This document shows positions 48,662-59,475 of a DNA stretch of 64,000 nucleotides, piece after piece. The notes under the pieces are model-generated. The model was not told where the DNA came from. It did not search any database and was given only the letters and a program-made list of their open reading frames with translations. The stretch comes from an uncultured Methylomirabilota bacterium. GTDB lineage: Bacteria > Methylomirabilota > Methylomirabilia > Methylomirabilales > 2-02-FULL-66-22. The position numbers and the translations under genes were made by a program. The first letter of the stretch is position 1. Each line of letters begins with the position of its first letter. The stretch covers positions 224,001 through 288,000 of the forward strand of contig OY970067.1 of NCBI GenBank assembly GCA_963705305.1. The letters run 5' to 3'.

Positions 48662-48856
48662 CGGGCCGGCCTGGAGTGGCCCCGCCCGCGGGCAGGCGAC
48701 GCGCCGCCGCGAGCCCGAATGGTGCAGTGCAGCCGCAGGGCATGTAAAGACCGCTGCCTCCCTCCCGGGCGCTTGACACCCGGACCCAGGCACCCCAGGA
48801 TAGAATCTGCCGGGTCCGCCGGCCGATCACCTCCGGCGCATTATCCGGACCATTCC

Positions 48857-49810
48857 ATGAACCGAACCGAACGGGCATTCGAAGGAGACCCGGGCACCCA
48901 GACGCGACACCCCCGCGATGCGCGAAGGCGGAGGCTCCCCTGGCCCGTCGCTCTCTCGGAGCTGGCCGGAACGGCGCTCCTCGTGGCCGTGGGTCTGTCG
49001 GTGGTCATCCTCGACTTCGCTCCCGGCAGCCCCGTGGCGACCCTACTGCCCGGCCCGGGCGCCCGCCGCCTCCTGACGGGGTTCCTCTTCGGAACGATCG
49101 GGGTGCTCGTCGCCGTCTCGCCTGTCGGTCGGATCAGCGGCGCGCACATCAACCCCGCCGTGACACTGGCGTTCTGGCTGCGAGGAAGGATGCGGGGGAG
49201 CCACGCCGTCGGCTACGTCCTGGCCCAGCTCGCCGGCGCCGTCCTCGGATCCCTCCCTCTGCTCCTGTGGGGCCGGATGGGCAAGGCCGTGCAATTCGGA
49301 GCGACAGTGCCCGGCGCCGCTTATGGACCGTCCGTCGCCATGGCGGGCGAGACCGTCGCCACCGCAGCCCTCATCGTGGGGCTGTTCTTCTTCCTGAGCC
49401 GGCGCGAAATCCGCCACTTCACCCCGCTCCTCTTCCCATTTCTGTACGCCGTCATGGTGTATCTCGAGGCCCCCATCTCCGGCACCAGCACCAATCCGGC
49501 GCGAAGCCTGGGACCGGCACTGATCTCGGGAGACTGGCAGGGGTGGTGGGTGTACTGGCTGGGACCCGCCCTGGGAACCATGCTGGCGGTCGGGACCCAC
49601 GGCATGGGATGGCTCGGCCGATTCGAGGTCGAAGTCGCCAAGCTTTTCCACTTCGAGCACGATCCCTACGGCGTGTTCCACCCCCGCCGCGACCAGGCGG
49701 CGCCCCCGGAAGGCCCGCCGATGGATCCCGGAGGGGCGCCGCAGGCATGCCGGGAAGGCGCCCCGACCGGGAAAAAGGAACCCCGCCCCCCGGAGGGGGC
49801 GGGGCGATAG
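48857..49810 (+). CDS. MIP/aquaporin family channel
   Basis: SGAHINPAVT and STNPARSLGP (two NPA motifs). Confidence 0.9.
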   Translation: MNRTERAFEGDPGTQTRHPRDARRRRLPWPVALSELAGTALLVAVGLSVVILDFAPGSPVATLLPGPGARRLLTGFLFGTIGVLVAVSPVGRISGAHINPAVTLAFWLRGRMRGSHAVGYVLAQLAGAVLGSLPLLLWGRMGKAVQFGATVPGAAYGPSVAMAGETVATAALIVGLFFFLSRREIRHFTPLLFPFLYAVMVYLEAPISGTSTNPARSLGPALISGDWQGWWVYWLGPALGTMLAVGTHGMGWLGRFEVEVAKLFHFEHDPYGVFHPRRDQAAPPEGPPMDPGGAPQACREGAPTGKKEPRPPEGAGR

Positions 49811-49832
49811 AGGGCGTCGTGACCGTCCGCCG

Positions 49833-50993
49833 TCAGAGCGCCTGCTCGAAGATCGCCCGGGCGTCTTCTGACCGCACCCGCCGCGGATTGTTGGCCAAGA
49901 GCCGCGTCACTTTCATGGCCCCCTCCACCAGGGCATCCAGGTGCCCGGCGCCGATCCCCACCTCGCGCATCTTCTGCGGGATTCCCACGTCCTCCGACAG
50001 CAGCCGGCAGGCCTCCGCGCTCTTGGCCGCGGCCGCGCGCGGCGACAGGCCGGCGACCGGCTCGCCCAGGGCCTCGGCCACCCGGCCGAACTTGGGCAGA
50101 TGGCTCAACGCATTGAACGCCATGCCGTAGGGCAGGAGCAGCGAGTTGGCCACCCCGTGGGTGATGTGGTGCTGTCCCTGGAGGGGATAGGCCAGGGCAT
50201 GGACGATGTTGGTTCCAGCATTGCCGATGGCGATCCCGGCATACAGGCTGGCCTTGGCCATTCCTTCTCTCGCCTCCAGGTCGCTCCCGTTGGCGACGGC
50301 CGTGCGAAGGTGGGTGCCGATCAGCCGGATCGCCTCCAGGGCATACAGATCCGTGAGGGGAGAGGCATTTATGGAGGTGTAGGCCTCCACGGCGTGGCTC
50401 AGGGCGTCCATGCCGGTGGCCGCCGTCACCTTCGGCGCCACCGTCAGCGTCAGGGTCGGGTCCACGATGGCCACATCGGGGATGATGTGCGGACTCACGA
50501 TGGCCTTCTTCTCTTTGAGCGCCGGGACGAGAAAGAGGGCGTTGGGCGTGATCTCGGCCCCCGTCCCGGATGTGGTCGCCATGAGAATCGAGGGGACTCC
50601 GCGCTGCTTCACCAGGCCGATCCCCAGGTAGTCCTCCAGCGATCCATCGTTCCTGAGCAGCACGGCCACCGCCTTGGCCGTATCCAGGGTCGTGCCGCCT
50701 CCCAGCCCCACCACCAGATCGCAGCGGCAGTCGCGCGCCATGACGAGACAGGGCGGAACGCAGGCCACCGAGGGCTCGAACTCCATCTCTGTGTACACGG
50801 CCGTCTGGATTCCCTTGCCTGCCAGCGAGGCCAGGATCCGGTCGGTGGTGCCCAGCTTCTGGAGATTGGGATCGCTCACCACGAAGGCGCGGGTGGCCCC
50901 CAGTCTCTGGGCCTCCGCCCCCACCGCCTCCGCCGCGCCGGAGCCGAGGATGATCTGCCCGGGAACCCTGAACGCCGCCACTTTGCCTGACAT
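49833..50993 (-). CDS. Iron-containing alcohol dehydrogenase
   Basis: GGGTTLD, TTSGTGAE, GMDALSHAVE, HALAY, HGVAN. Confidence 0.92.
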   Translation of the reverse strand: MSGKVAAFRVPGQIILGSGAAEAVGAEAQRLGATRAFVVSDPNLQKLGTTDRILASLAGKGIQTAVYTEMEFEPSVACVPPCLVMARDCRCDLVVGLGGGTTLDTAKAVAVLLRNDGSLEDYLGIGLVKQRGVPSILMATTSGTGAEITPNALFLVPALKEKKAIVSPHIIPDVAIVDPTLTLTVAPKVTAATGMDALSHAVEAYTSINASPLTDLYALEAIRLIGTHLRTAVANGSDLEAREGMAKASLYAGIAIGNAGTNIVHALAYPLQGQHHITHGVANSLLLPYGMAFNALSHLPKFGRVAEALGEPVAGLSPRAAAAKSAEACRLLSEDVGIPQKMREVGIGAGHLDALVEGAMKVTRLLANNPRRVRSEDARAIFEQAL

Positions 50994-51218
50994 GAAGCTC
51001 CTCCTTTTCATTCCGAGCGATCGAACTGTCCGAGAGCGCTGAATCGCGATGTCCTATCCCTCTGGTGCCGCCGACTGCTCGCCGTCTATCGTCCGGCGCC
51101 TGTCAAGCCGGCAGCTCGGTGAGACCTCATGGTCGCGCAGCCTCCGCCGGCTGTCAAGGGAGACGGGACCGTGGGCGCGACCTGGGTGGTCTGGTGTCTG
51201 CCGAGAGGCCGCCGCGCT

Positions 51219-51986
51219 TCACAGCGCGGCCAGCATCCCGCCGTCCACGTACACGACCTGGCCGGTCACGAAATCCGAGGCGGGCGAGGCCAGGAACACG
51301 GCCGCCCCCGCCAGCTCCGACGGGTGCCCCCACCTGGCCATGGGCGTCCGCGAGCAGATCCAGGCATTGAACTCCGGCTCTTTGGAGAGCTTCTCGCCCA
51401 TGCCGTGCAGGAAGTATCCGGGGCCGATCCCGTTCACCTGAATGTTGTGCTTCCCCCACTCCACGGCCATGGCCTTGGTGAGCATCTTCACGGCCCCCTT
51501 GGAGGCCGTGTAGGGGGCTATGGTCGGGCGGCCGACCTCGCTCATCACCGAGCAGAGATTAATGATCTTCCCCGCTCGGCGCGCGATCATGCCGCCCACC
51601 ACCTGGCGGGTCACCAGGAAGATCCCCGTCACGTTCACGTCCAGCACCTGGCGCCACATCGACTCCTCGAACACCTCCAGCGGACCGCGGCGCGTGATCC
51701 CCGCATTGTTCACCAGGATGTGGATGGGCCCCACCTCCCGCTCCAGCGCCGGGATCTGCCGCCGGACCTGTTCTGCGCTGGTGACGTTGAAGGCGGCGGC
51801 GCATACGGTCAGGCCCTCCCCGGACAATGCGGCCTTGGCCTTTTCCAGGACGCCCGCGTCGATGTCGTTCAGGATGAGGCTCGCGCCCGCTCGGCCCAGT
51901 CCCCGGGCGATGGCAAAGCCCAGCCCTTGTCCGGATCCCGTGACCAGGGCGATCTTGCCGGTCAGATCAAAGAGTGCGTTCGCCAT
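51219..51986 (-). CDS. SDR oxidoreductase, gluconate 5-dehydrogenase-like
   Basis: LFDLTGKIALVTGSGQGLG, IAPYTASKG, NGIGPGYF, YVDGGMLAAL. Confidence 0.88.
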   Translation of the reverse strand: MANALFDLTGKIALVTGSGQGLGFAIARGLGRAGASLILNDIDAGVLEKAKAALSGEGLTVCAAAFNVTSAEQVRRQIPALEREVGPIHILVNNAGITRRGPLEVFEESMWRQVLDVNVTGIFLVTRQVVGGMIARRAGKIINLCSVMSEVGRPTIAPYTASKGAVKMLTKAMAVEWGKHNIQVNGIGPGYFLHGMGEKLSKEPEFNAWICSRTPMARWGHPSELAGAAVFLASPASDFVTGQVVYVDGGMLAAL

Positions 51987-52345
51987 TCGGTATTCCTCCC
52001 GCGGGCAAGAGGCCAGGAGATGTCCCGGCCGATGACTGAGGACGGCCGCCCGGCGTGCCGGCGCGGGCCAATGCTGGCCCCGAGCCTTCCTCCTGTCAAG
52101 CATCGCAGTCGACAGCATCGCAGTCGAAACAATCTGCCGAATGAACAAGGCCGGGACAGGCCAGCACCGCGTCGCACCCATCCTCCGGATGGGTACCCGG
52201 CGAGCCAGGAGAGCGGGCAGAATCAAGAATCGATAAGGTCTTGACACCCTTCTCCTCCCCGCATAGCGTAAGCGGACGGCACCGGGACCGCCGGAGCCAA
52301 GGACAATTTTCCATCGGGGTGCGGGGATCCGCGGGAGGGGGCGGC

Positions 52346-52780
52346 ATGCGAACTGTAAAGCAGATCCTGAATCAAAAGGGGGGCACATTCTGGTCGGTCG
52401 CGCCGGATACGATGGTGGTTGACGCGCTGAGGCTCATGGCCGACAAGGACGTGGGGGCCCTGCTGGTCCTCGAAGGGGGGCGGCTGGTCGGCATCCTCTC
52501 GGAGCGCGACTACGCCAGGAAGGTGATCCTGAAAGGGAAATCCTCGCTGCAGACTCCGGTCAAACAGATCATGACCGGGCACGTCCTCTTCGTGCGGCCT
52601 GAGCAGACGGTCGAGGAGTGCATGGCGCTGGTCACCGAGCATCGGTTCCGCCACCTGCCGGTGATGGTCGGGGACAAGGTCGTGGGCATCGTGTCGATCG
52701 GGGACCTCGTCAAGGCCAGCCTCGACGAGAAGGACTTTACCATCAAGCAACTGGAGAACTACATCACGGGAAGCCGCTAG
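52346..52780 (+). CDS. CBS domain protein
   Basis: GILSERDYARKV, RFRHLPV, SIGDLVK; TTGACA-17 nt-TAGCGT at 52241. Confidence 0.9.
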   Translation: MRTVKQILNQKGGTFWSVAPDTMVVDALRLMADKDVGALLVLEGGRLVGILSERDYARKVILKGKSSLQTPVKQIMTGHVLFVRPEQTVEECMALVTEHRFRHLPVMVGDKVVGIVSIGDLVKASLDEKDFTIKQLENYITGSR

Positions 52781-52828
52781 CCGCACGCTGCAGACCGGCG
52801 GCGCCGCCCGGATGGGGCGCCGGCGTCG

Positions 52829-53974
52829 CTACTTCGCCGTCAGGGCCTGGATGATGTCCACGTTGTTGGGCGGGCAGCCCCGCACGTGGCGCGGGAGGCG
52901 CCGCGCCTCGGGCAGCCCGCAGGTGCCGACGCTGACGAGCAGCTCCTGCGGGATGCCCGCCGGAATCGGCGTCGGTCCGGCCACGACGGTGAGACCGCGG
53001 GCGCGCTCGAGGGAGCCATCCGCGCGCATGTCGAACAGGGAGCTCAAGAGGCCGTTCCGGCAGCCCGTGCAGGTCCCCTCTCCGTGAACGATGCGGATGC
53101 CTGCCTGGTCGATGCGGTGGTCCTCCTCGCAGCGAACGAAGCGCCGCCGCACCCCGGCCACGGCTTCGCCCACGACCTCGATCCGCCCCAGGTCCATGCA
53201 GCCCAGCCCGCGCTCGCTCGCGGCCGCCGTGATCGGGACTTCCTCCGGCTGAAAGCCCATGACCCCGCCCGCCACGGCATCCACGGCCACCAGGTCGCGG
53301 CCCGCCAGGATCAGCCCCATCTCCACCGGCAGGCCCATCAGCGGCCCCATGCCCTCTTGACCGATGAGGCCGTCCACCACGGCAAACACCGGCTTGAAGT
53401 GGGCCACCAGATCCACCGCGCCCTCGAACATGCCCAGCAGGTGGATCCGGCGCTTATCGCCGTCGGTGACCAGGCCTTTCAGGTTCTTCAGGGCCAATGT
53501 TGCCTGCCCCTGATCGTGGGTCTTCAGCACCGGAACGCTGATGATCGCATCCGCCCGCTCCGCCAGCTCGAAGGTCGTGATCTCGGTCAGGACCCGTCCG
53601 CCAACGACCGGCACCTGCACAGTCGGGCCCGACTTCAGGTCCACCACCTCGTAGCCCTGATCCCGAAGATCCTCATAGCCCATGATCCGGTAGGCGGCCT
53701 CGGTGTCCGCGCCCCTCGCCGAGGATTCGGCGATGACGGGCCGGGCCCCCAGCTCGCGCACCATGTCCGCCACCGCCTGGCAGACCAGGGCGCTGGTACA
53801 GGCCCCCGCCTCTACCGATGCCGGCGCCGCCACCAGGTTCGGCTTCACGATCACCAGCATGCCGGACCGGACCACGCCAGCCAGGCCTCCGGTCAGACTC
53901 ACGGCCCGCCGCACGGCGGCGGCCACCTGGCCGCGATCGCGTCCCCCGGCCCTGACGATGGACACTCTGGTCAT
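52829..53974 (-). CDS. DUF362 domain protein with Cys-rich C-terminus
   Basis: VKPNLV, PVLKTH, LKNLKG, EGMGP, CTGC, GCPP. Confidence 0.85.
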   Translation of the reverse strand: MTRVSIVRAGGRDRGQVAAAVRRAVSLTGGLAGVVRSGMLVIVKPNLVAAPASVEAGACTSALVCQAVADMVRELGARPVIAESSARGADTEAAYRIMGYEDLRDQGYEVVDLKSGPTVQVPVVGGRVLTEITTFELAERADAIISVPVLKTHDQGQATLALKNLKGLVTDGDKRRIHLLGMFEGAVDLVAHFKPVFAVVDGLIGQEGMGPLMGLPVEMGLILAGRDLVAVDAVAGGVMGFQPEEVPITAAASERGLGCMDLGRIEVVGEAVAGVRRRFVRCEEDHRIDQAGIRIVHGEGTCTGCRNGLLSSLFDMRADGSLERARGLTVVAGPTPIPAGIPQELLVSVGTCGLPEARRLPRHVRGCPPNNVDIIQALTAK

Positions 53975-54269
53975 TTCGCACCCTCTCCGCCAGCCATCGG
54001 TTGTTTCTGCGCTCCGTTTACACTAGTATAACTCCATTCCGAGAATATCTCACCGCCAAGGCGCCAAGAGTGCCACGGCTGGAATGGGCGAAATACCCCG
54101 TGACTCGAGCCGCGTCGAGCTCCCCGGAGGGGGCGTTCCGGAGCGCGGAGTCAAGCCAGCCGAACTCCGTGGAGTGTGGGACCCTGGCGTCATGGCGGTT
54201 CAAGAACTCTTTCGGTTCATGGGAAGAGGGCCCGCAAGGGTCCGCCACATTCTCCCGGAGGATCGTCCC

Positions 54270-55160
54270 ATGACGCTCGACCCGCAGGCGGTTGCGTACC
54301 TCGAGCAACAGGCGACACTCGACATTCCACCCATCCACGAACAGACCCCCCAGGAGGCCCGGCGCCGGATGGAAGAGAGCGCCCCGGCCCAGGCCGGTCC
54401 CGGCGAGGACGTGCGCGTTCAGGACGCCACCATCGCCGGTGTTCCGGTGCGAGTCTTCGAGCCGCACCACACCGCCGATCCGCCCACCCTCCTCTTCTTT
54501 CATGGCGGCGGCTGGGTGATCGGCAGCGTCCGCACCCACGACCGTCCCTGCCGGGCACTGGCGCATCGGGCTGGCTGTCGCGTGGTGTCGGTTGAGTACC
54601 GCCTGGCCCCCGAACACCCCTTCCCGGCCGCCCTCGAGGACTGCTGGGCGGTCACCGAGGCGGTGGGGGCCAACTCCCGCGCCATCGCCGTGGGGGGCGA
54701 CAGCGCGGGCGGCAACCTCGCCGCCGTGGTCGCCATGCGGGCCCGCGACGGAGTGCTGCCGCTCCGCCTCCAGTTGCTGCTCTACCCGGTCACCGACTGC
54801 GACCTGGACCGGCCGTCCTATCGGACCTACGGCACCGGGTACGGCCTCACCCGGGAGGCCATGCGCTGGTTCTGGGCCCACTACATGGGCAGGACACCCT
54901 GGGATCACCCCGAGGCGTCGCCGCTTCGGGCCCGCGACCTATCGGGGGCCGCCCCGGCTCTGGTGATGGTCTGCGAGTACGATCCCCTGCACGACGAGGG
55001 CGCGGCCTACGCCGAGCGCCTCCGGGAATCCAGGACCCCCGTCCACCTCATCCGGCAGCGGGGAATGATCCATGGCTTCCTGCGATTGGGGGCGGTCATG
55101 GATCGCACCACCCCCGCGTACGACCAGTGCGCCGCGGCCCTCCGCCGGGTCTTCGCCTGA
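54270..55160 (+). CDS. Alpha/beta hydrolase (HSL-type esterase/lipase)
   Basis: HGGGW, YRLAPEH, GDSAGG, DPLHD, HGF. Confidence 0.92.
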   Translation: MTLDPQAVAYLEQQATLDIPPIHEQTPQEARRRMEESAPAQAGPGEDVRVQDATIAGVPVRVFEPHHTADPPTLLFFHGGGWVIGSVRTHDRPCRALAHRAGCRVVSVEYRLAPEHPFPAALEDCWAVTEAVGANSRAIAVGGDSAGGNLAAVVAMRARDGVLPLRLQLLLYPVTDCDLDRPSYRTYGTGYGLTREAMRWFWAHYMGRTPWDHPEASPLRARDLSGAAPALVMVCEYDPLHDEGAAYAERLRESRTPVHLIRQRGMIHGFLRLGAVMDRTTPAYDQCAAALRRVFA

Positions 55161-55199
55161 GGCCGACGGGCCGATCGTCCAGGTCGGGTGGCGCGCGCG

Positions 55200-56507
55200 T
55201 TAGATCACGGAATCCTGGATCCGGCTGTCGAATACGCGCTTCGTCTTGCGCTCGGAGCGGGGCAGCGACCCGTAGTCCACCACCTCGATCTCCGGCGTCA
55301 CCAACAGCCTGTGCTTGACGGTGTGGACGATCTCCCGCGCCAGCTCCCCGCCCCGCCCCCCCTCCACCCCTTGGCCCCGCTCCACCACGACTCGCAGGTG
55401 ATCGCGTCCCTCGGCGTCGCGGACGAGGCGGATCTGGTACTCGGAGCCGAGACCGGGGATGCCCGAGAGGACGGCGTCCACGGAGGAGGGATAGATATTC
55501 ACTCCCCGGAACTTGAACATGTCGTCCGTCCGCCCGCTGATCCGCGAGTGGCGCGGCAGGATCGATCCGCAGGTGCAGGGCCCCGGGATGATCCGGGTGA
55601 TGTCGCGGGTCCGGTAGCGGATAAGGGGGGCCGCCTCCTTGGCCAGGCTGGTGACGACCATCTCCCCCCACTCTCCCGGCGGCAGCGGCCGCAGGGTCTC
55701 CGGGTCCAGGATCTCCAGGATGTAGTAGTCGGCCCAGTAGTGAATGCAGTCGTGGTGGGGGCACTCGATCCCCGTGCCCGGGCCGTACAGCTCGGTGAGC
55801 CCCGGGATGTCGAAGAGCTCCACGCCGCCCAACAGGTCCGAGATCTTCTTCCGCATGGACACCGACGAGCGCTCTGCCCCGTAGATGATCTTCCGAAGAT
55901 TGATCTTTTCCGCCAAGCCGCGCTTGTGGACCTCCTCCGCCAAGAGCAGACCCATGGAGGCGGTGCAGCAGAAGACCGTCGGCTGGAGATCCACCAGCAG
56001 CTCGCACTGGAGCTCCATGTTCCCCGGCCCGACCGGGACGGCCAGGGCCCCCAACCGCTCGCAGCCGGCCTGGAAGCCGATCCCGGCCGTCCAGAGCCCG
56101 TACCCAACGGCGATCTGCACGCGGTCCAGGGGCGTCACCCCGGCCATCTCGTAGCAGCGGGCGAAGAGGCGGGCCCAGTCGTCCACATCCTTCCGCGTGT
56201 AGCAGAGGATCTTCCGCTTCCCGGTCGTGCCCGACGAGGAGTGGACGCGCACGATCTGCTCGAAGGGCACCGACCGCAACGGGAACGGGTATTCCTCCCG
56301 CAGATCCTCCGCGGTGGTGAAGGGGAGCCGCTGAATGTCCTCCAGGCAGCGGATGTCCTCCGGCCGGACGGCTGCGCCGTCTAGCCGAGCCCGGTAGCCG
56401 GCCGAGCCTTCCCGGGCGTGGCGCACGGTCCACCGCAGGCCGGTGAGCTGGTGGGCGGCGAGCTCTTCCTCGGAGCGAAAGGACGGCAGGAACGTCACTC
56501 TGCTCAT
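55200..56507 (-). CDS. paaK: Phenylacetate-CoA ligase family
   Basis: HSSSGTTGK, GYGLWTAG, GLTELYGPG, RYRTRD, GRTDDM, GVNIYP. Confidence 0.88.
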   Translation of the reverse strand: MSRVTFLPSFRSEEELAAHQLTGLRWTVRHAREGSAGYRARLDGAAVRPEDIRCLEDIQRLPFTTAEDLREEYPFPLRSVPFEQIVRVHSSSGTTGKRKILCYTRKDVDDWARLFARCYEMAGVTPLDRVQIAVGYGLWTAGIGFQAGCERLGALAVPVGPGNMELQCELLVDLQPTVFCCTASMGLLLAEEVHKRGLAEKINLRKIIYGAERSSVSMRKKISDLLGGVELFDIPGLTELYGPGTGIECPHHDCIHYWADYYILEILDPETLRPLPPGEWGEMVVTSLAKEAAPLIRYRTRDITRIIPGPCTCGSILPRHSRISGRTDDMFKFRGVNIYPSSVDAVLSGIPGLGSEYQIRLVRDAEGRDHLRVVVERGQGVEGGRGGELAREIVHTVKHRLLVTPEIEVVDYGSLPRSERKTKRVFDSRIQDSVI

Positions 56508-56595
56508 GTCTGGCTTCTCCAATCGAATGTCGGTCAGTCCGCCGGCCCCCCAGCGGCTGCGGGCGGGAACATCCTTCGACGCCGCCCCCGGGCGG

Positions 56596-57102
56596 TCACG
56601 GGGATGCCTCGCAGCCCATCCGGAAGGCCGCCAGGGTCCGCTCGAGATGCCGGGCCGGGACGACGGTCCGGAGGACTCCCTCGAAGGACGCCGGATCGGC
56701 AAACAACCCGCCCCGAGCGGCGGCGAATCCCAGCAGCACCACATTGGCCGCCACGGCCGCCCCCGCCTGCCTGGCCAGACCGGAAGCGTCCGCCGCGGCG
56801 CCCCCCGACGAATTCGTCGCGTTGACGAAGACGGCAGCCTCCGGTCTGAGATAGTGGCCGTGCACGGGAAGATTGCCGGCGTCGAGAAAGAGCCCGACCT
56901 CCGCCTCTCCGGAGGCGATGAGGGGGCCGAAGAACGGGCCGACCTTGACCATGGAGACGACCGCCCCTCCCCGCTGGGCCATTCCGTGCGTCTCCGAGGT
57001 GATGACCTCGTGCCCCGCCACGGCGGCCGCCTCCGCCAGCACGCGCGTCAGGGTGAGGACCCCCTGCCCTCCCCGGCCGCTGATGATGATCCGCTGTTTC
57101 AC
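56596..57102 (-). CDS. iorB: Indolepyruvate:ferredoxin oxidoreductase beta subunit
   Basis: GRGGQGVL, SETHGMAQRGG, NVVLLG; GTGA overlap with iorA. Confidence 0.85.
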   Translation of the reverse strand: MKQRIIISGRGGQGVLTLTRVLAEAAAVAGHEVITSETHGMAQRGGAVVSMVKVGPFFGPLIASGEAEVGLFLDAGNLPVHGHYLRPEAAVFVNATNSSGGAAADASGLARQAGAAVAANVVLLGFAAARGGLFADPASFEGVLRTVVPARHLERTLAAFRMGCEASP

Positions 57103-58928
57103 GCCGGGCCTCCCGGATCGGCCACGATGGCCCCGGCCCGGCAGGCGGCGAGGCACACGCCACATCCCCGGCACGCCTCCCGGATGATGCGGGCCATGCC
57201 GGCGGCCTCGTCCCATCCGATGGCGGGGCACTCGAAGTCCGTGAGGCACACCCGGCAGCCGGTGCACTCGTCGGTCACGCGCACGGATTGGAGCGTCTCC
57301 GGCTCCCCGGCCTTGGCCTGGAGGACACAGGGGTGGGAGGCAATGATCACCGCCACCCCTCCGGATTCGCTGCGAATATGGCCGTCGGCCTGGCGGAGGC
57401 AATCGGTGAAACCCTGCACGTCGTAGGGATCCACTTCCCGCAGGAACGTGACACCCGCCGCCCGGACTATGTCCTGGATGTGGACGGGCTGGCTGGGCTG
57501 GCCGAAGGCGTTCCGCCCCAGCTGCGGCGTGGGCTGATGGCCGGTCATGGCGGTGGTGCCGTTGTCCAGGATCACCAGAATAAACCGCGCCCCCTGGGAC
57601 ACGGCGTTCACGAGGGCCGGGACCCCCGAGTGGAAGAAGGTCGAATCGCCGATGCTGGCCACGATGGTGGGGAAGTCTTTCCCGTCCTGGGCGTAGGCGT
57701 GATAGAAGCCCGCCGCCTGGCTGACCCCCGCCCCCATGCAGTGGCAGGTGTCCACCGCCCCGAGGTTCACGCCCAGCGTGTAGCAGCCGATGTCCCCGGG
57801 GAAGATTCCCTGCGGGAACGTCTGCCGGATGGCGTAGAAGGCCGCGCGGTGCCCGCAGCCCGCGCACAGGGTGGGGCGCGCGCCGGCTTCATGCGAAGTC
57901 GGGGCCGGGAGCGCCGCCTCCAGGCCCAGGAACTTCCCCAGGACCCGCCGGATGACCTCGGGCGTCAGCTCTCCCTCATCGGGGACCAGTCCCGACCGCC
58001 TGCCGGCGACCCGCGGGCTCGGAAGCTGCATCTCGATCACTGGGTACGCCTCCTCGAAGACCAGCAGCCGCTCGTAGCCGGGGAGGATCGCGTTCGTGAC
58101 CTCCACCGGCAGCGGATAGGGAGCCGTCACCTGATAGAGATCCACCCTGCCGGAGAGCCCCATCTCGTCCAGGACATCCCGGGTGTGCGCGAAGGCCACG
58201 CCCGAGCCGATGATGCAGCTTCGCGGGAATGTTCCGTCGCCCGGCACGCGGAGCGGGGCCACCCGAGGGTCGGCGGCCAGCCGGTGCAGCTTTTCGCTCA
58301 GGATTCGGTGCAGCTCCAGGACGTAGCGGGGCGTGGCCGACCAACGCTTCGGGTCCCTTTCGAAGCGGGCCGCGCGCGCCTCCCGCACCGGCTCGGCCAG
58401 CGGAACCGCCTGGCGGGCATGGCAGATCCTGGTCGTCAACCGCAGCATGATCGGCAGTTCGTACGCCTCCGACAGCTCCAGAGCCAGCCGGACCATCTCC
58501 TTGGCCTCGCGGGGGCTGGACGGGTCCAGGACCGGGATCTTGGCGAACATGGCGAAGAACCGGCTGTCCTGCTCTGTCTGGGAGCTGTGGGGCCCCAGAT
58601 CGTCCGCCGAGACGACCAGAAACCCCCCTTTGACCCCCAGGTAGGCCGAGCGCATGAATGGGTCGGAGGCCACGTTCAGCCCCACCTGCTTCATGGACAC
58701 GGCGGCCCGCTTGCCCGTGTAGCTGGCGGCCAGGGCGGTCTCGTAGGCAACCTTCTCGTTGACTGACCACTCGGCGTGGATGCGGTGCCCGGTCTCCTGC
58801 GAGAAGGCAACCACCGCCTCCAGGATCTCCGAGGCGGGCGTGCCCGGGTAGGAAGCCGCCGCGGAGCAGCCGCACTCCACGATGCCGCGGCCGACAGCCT
58901 CGTTGCCCATGAGGACCCTGCGCGTCAC
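57099..58928 (-). CDS. iorA: Indolepyruvate:ferredoxin oxidoreductase alpha subunit
   Basis: GNEA, YPGTP, NEKVA, SSQTEQD, LCAGC, GDIGCY, GDSTFFH, two ferredoxin motifs. Confidence 0.92.
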   Translation of the reverse strand: MTRRVLMGNEAVGRGIVECGCSAAASYPGTPASEILEAVVAFSQETGHRIHAEWSVNEKVAYETALAASYTGKRAAVSMKQVGLNVASDPFMRSAYLGVKGGFLVVSADDLGPHSSQTEQDSRFFAMFAKIPVLDPSSPREAKEMVRLALELSEAYELPIMLRLTTRICHARQAVPLAEPVREARAARFERDPKRWSATPRYVLELHRILSEKLHRLAADPRVAPLRVPGDGTFPRSCIIGSGVAFAHTRDVLDEMGLSGRVDLYQVTAPYPLPVEVTNAILPGYERLLVFEEAYPVIEMQLPSPRVAGRRSGLVPDEGELTPEVIRRVLGKFLGLEAALPAPTSHEAGARPTLCAGCGHRAAFYAIRQTFPQGIFPGDIGCYTLGVNLGAVDTCHCMGAGVSQAAGFYHAYAQDGKDFPTIVASIGDSTFFHSGVPALVNAVSQGARFILVILDNGTTAMTGHQPTPQLGRNAFGQPSQPVHIQDIVRAAGVTFLREVDPYDVQGFTDCLRQADGHIRSESGGVAVIIASHPCVLQAKAGEPETLQSVRVTDECTGCRVCLTDFECPAIGWDEAAGMARIIREACRGCGVCLAACRAGAIVADPGGPA

Positions 58929-59475
58929 GCTTCCCCCTTTCCCATCAGGCCGCGGGGCCGGACGAAGAGCACCAGGAGGAGCACAACAAAGGCGATGGTA
59001 TCCTTCCAGGCGCTCGACACGTAGGCCGCGCCAGGGACTCGAGGAGACCCAAGAGCATCCCGCCCAGGATGGCCGCCGCGGCCGGGTTCGAGGCCACCCC
59101 CCGCATGGCCAGGGAGTACTTTCCCCAGATCTGTTCGATGCCGCCGCGCAGGATGATGGACAGGCCGACGGTCAGGAAGATGAGGACGAGATGATGACGC
59201 GACCGGGAGGGTCGCAGGCCCAGAAGCTCCACCAGGGCCCCGACCAGGGTGACTCCGGCCACCGCCGCGGGCAGCGCCACGATCATGGGAAGCCGAGCGG
59301 ACGTGAGCGCGGCGAAGAGCAGCATCCCCCCCAGGCAGACGAAGTCCACCTGGGTAAAATTGACGATCCCCATGGTGTTGTGGACCACACCGAAGCCGAT
59401 GGCCACCATGGCGTAAATGGCCCCGTTGGTGAGCCCCGAGAATCCAAACTGGATGAAATCGTGGACCGACCCCAT
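58925..59475 (-). pseudogene. livH: Branched-chain amino acid ABC permease (LivH-like) with internal deletions and a frameshift
   Basis: GAIYAMVAIG and IVNF N-terminus; a short AMRGVASNPAAA block; ILGGMLLGLLES; then WKDTIAFVVLLLVLFVRPRGL in another frame. Confidence 0.75.
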
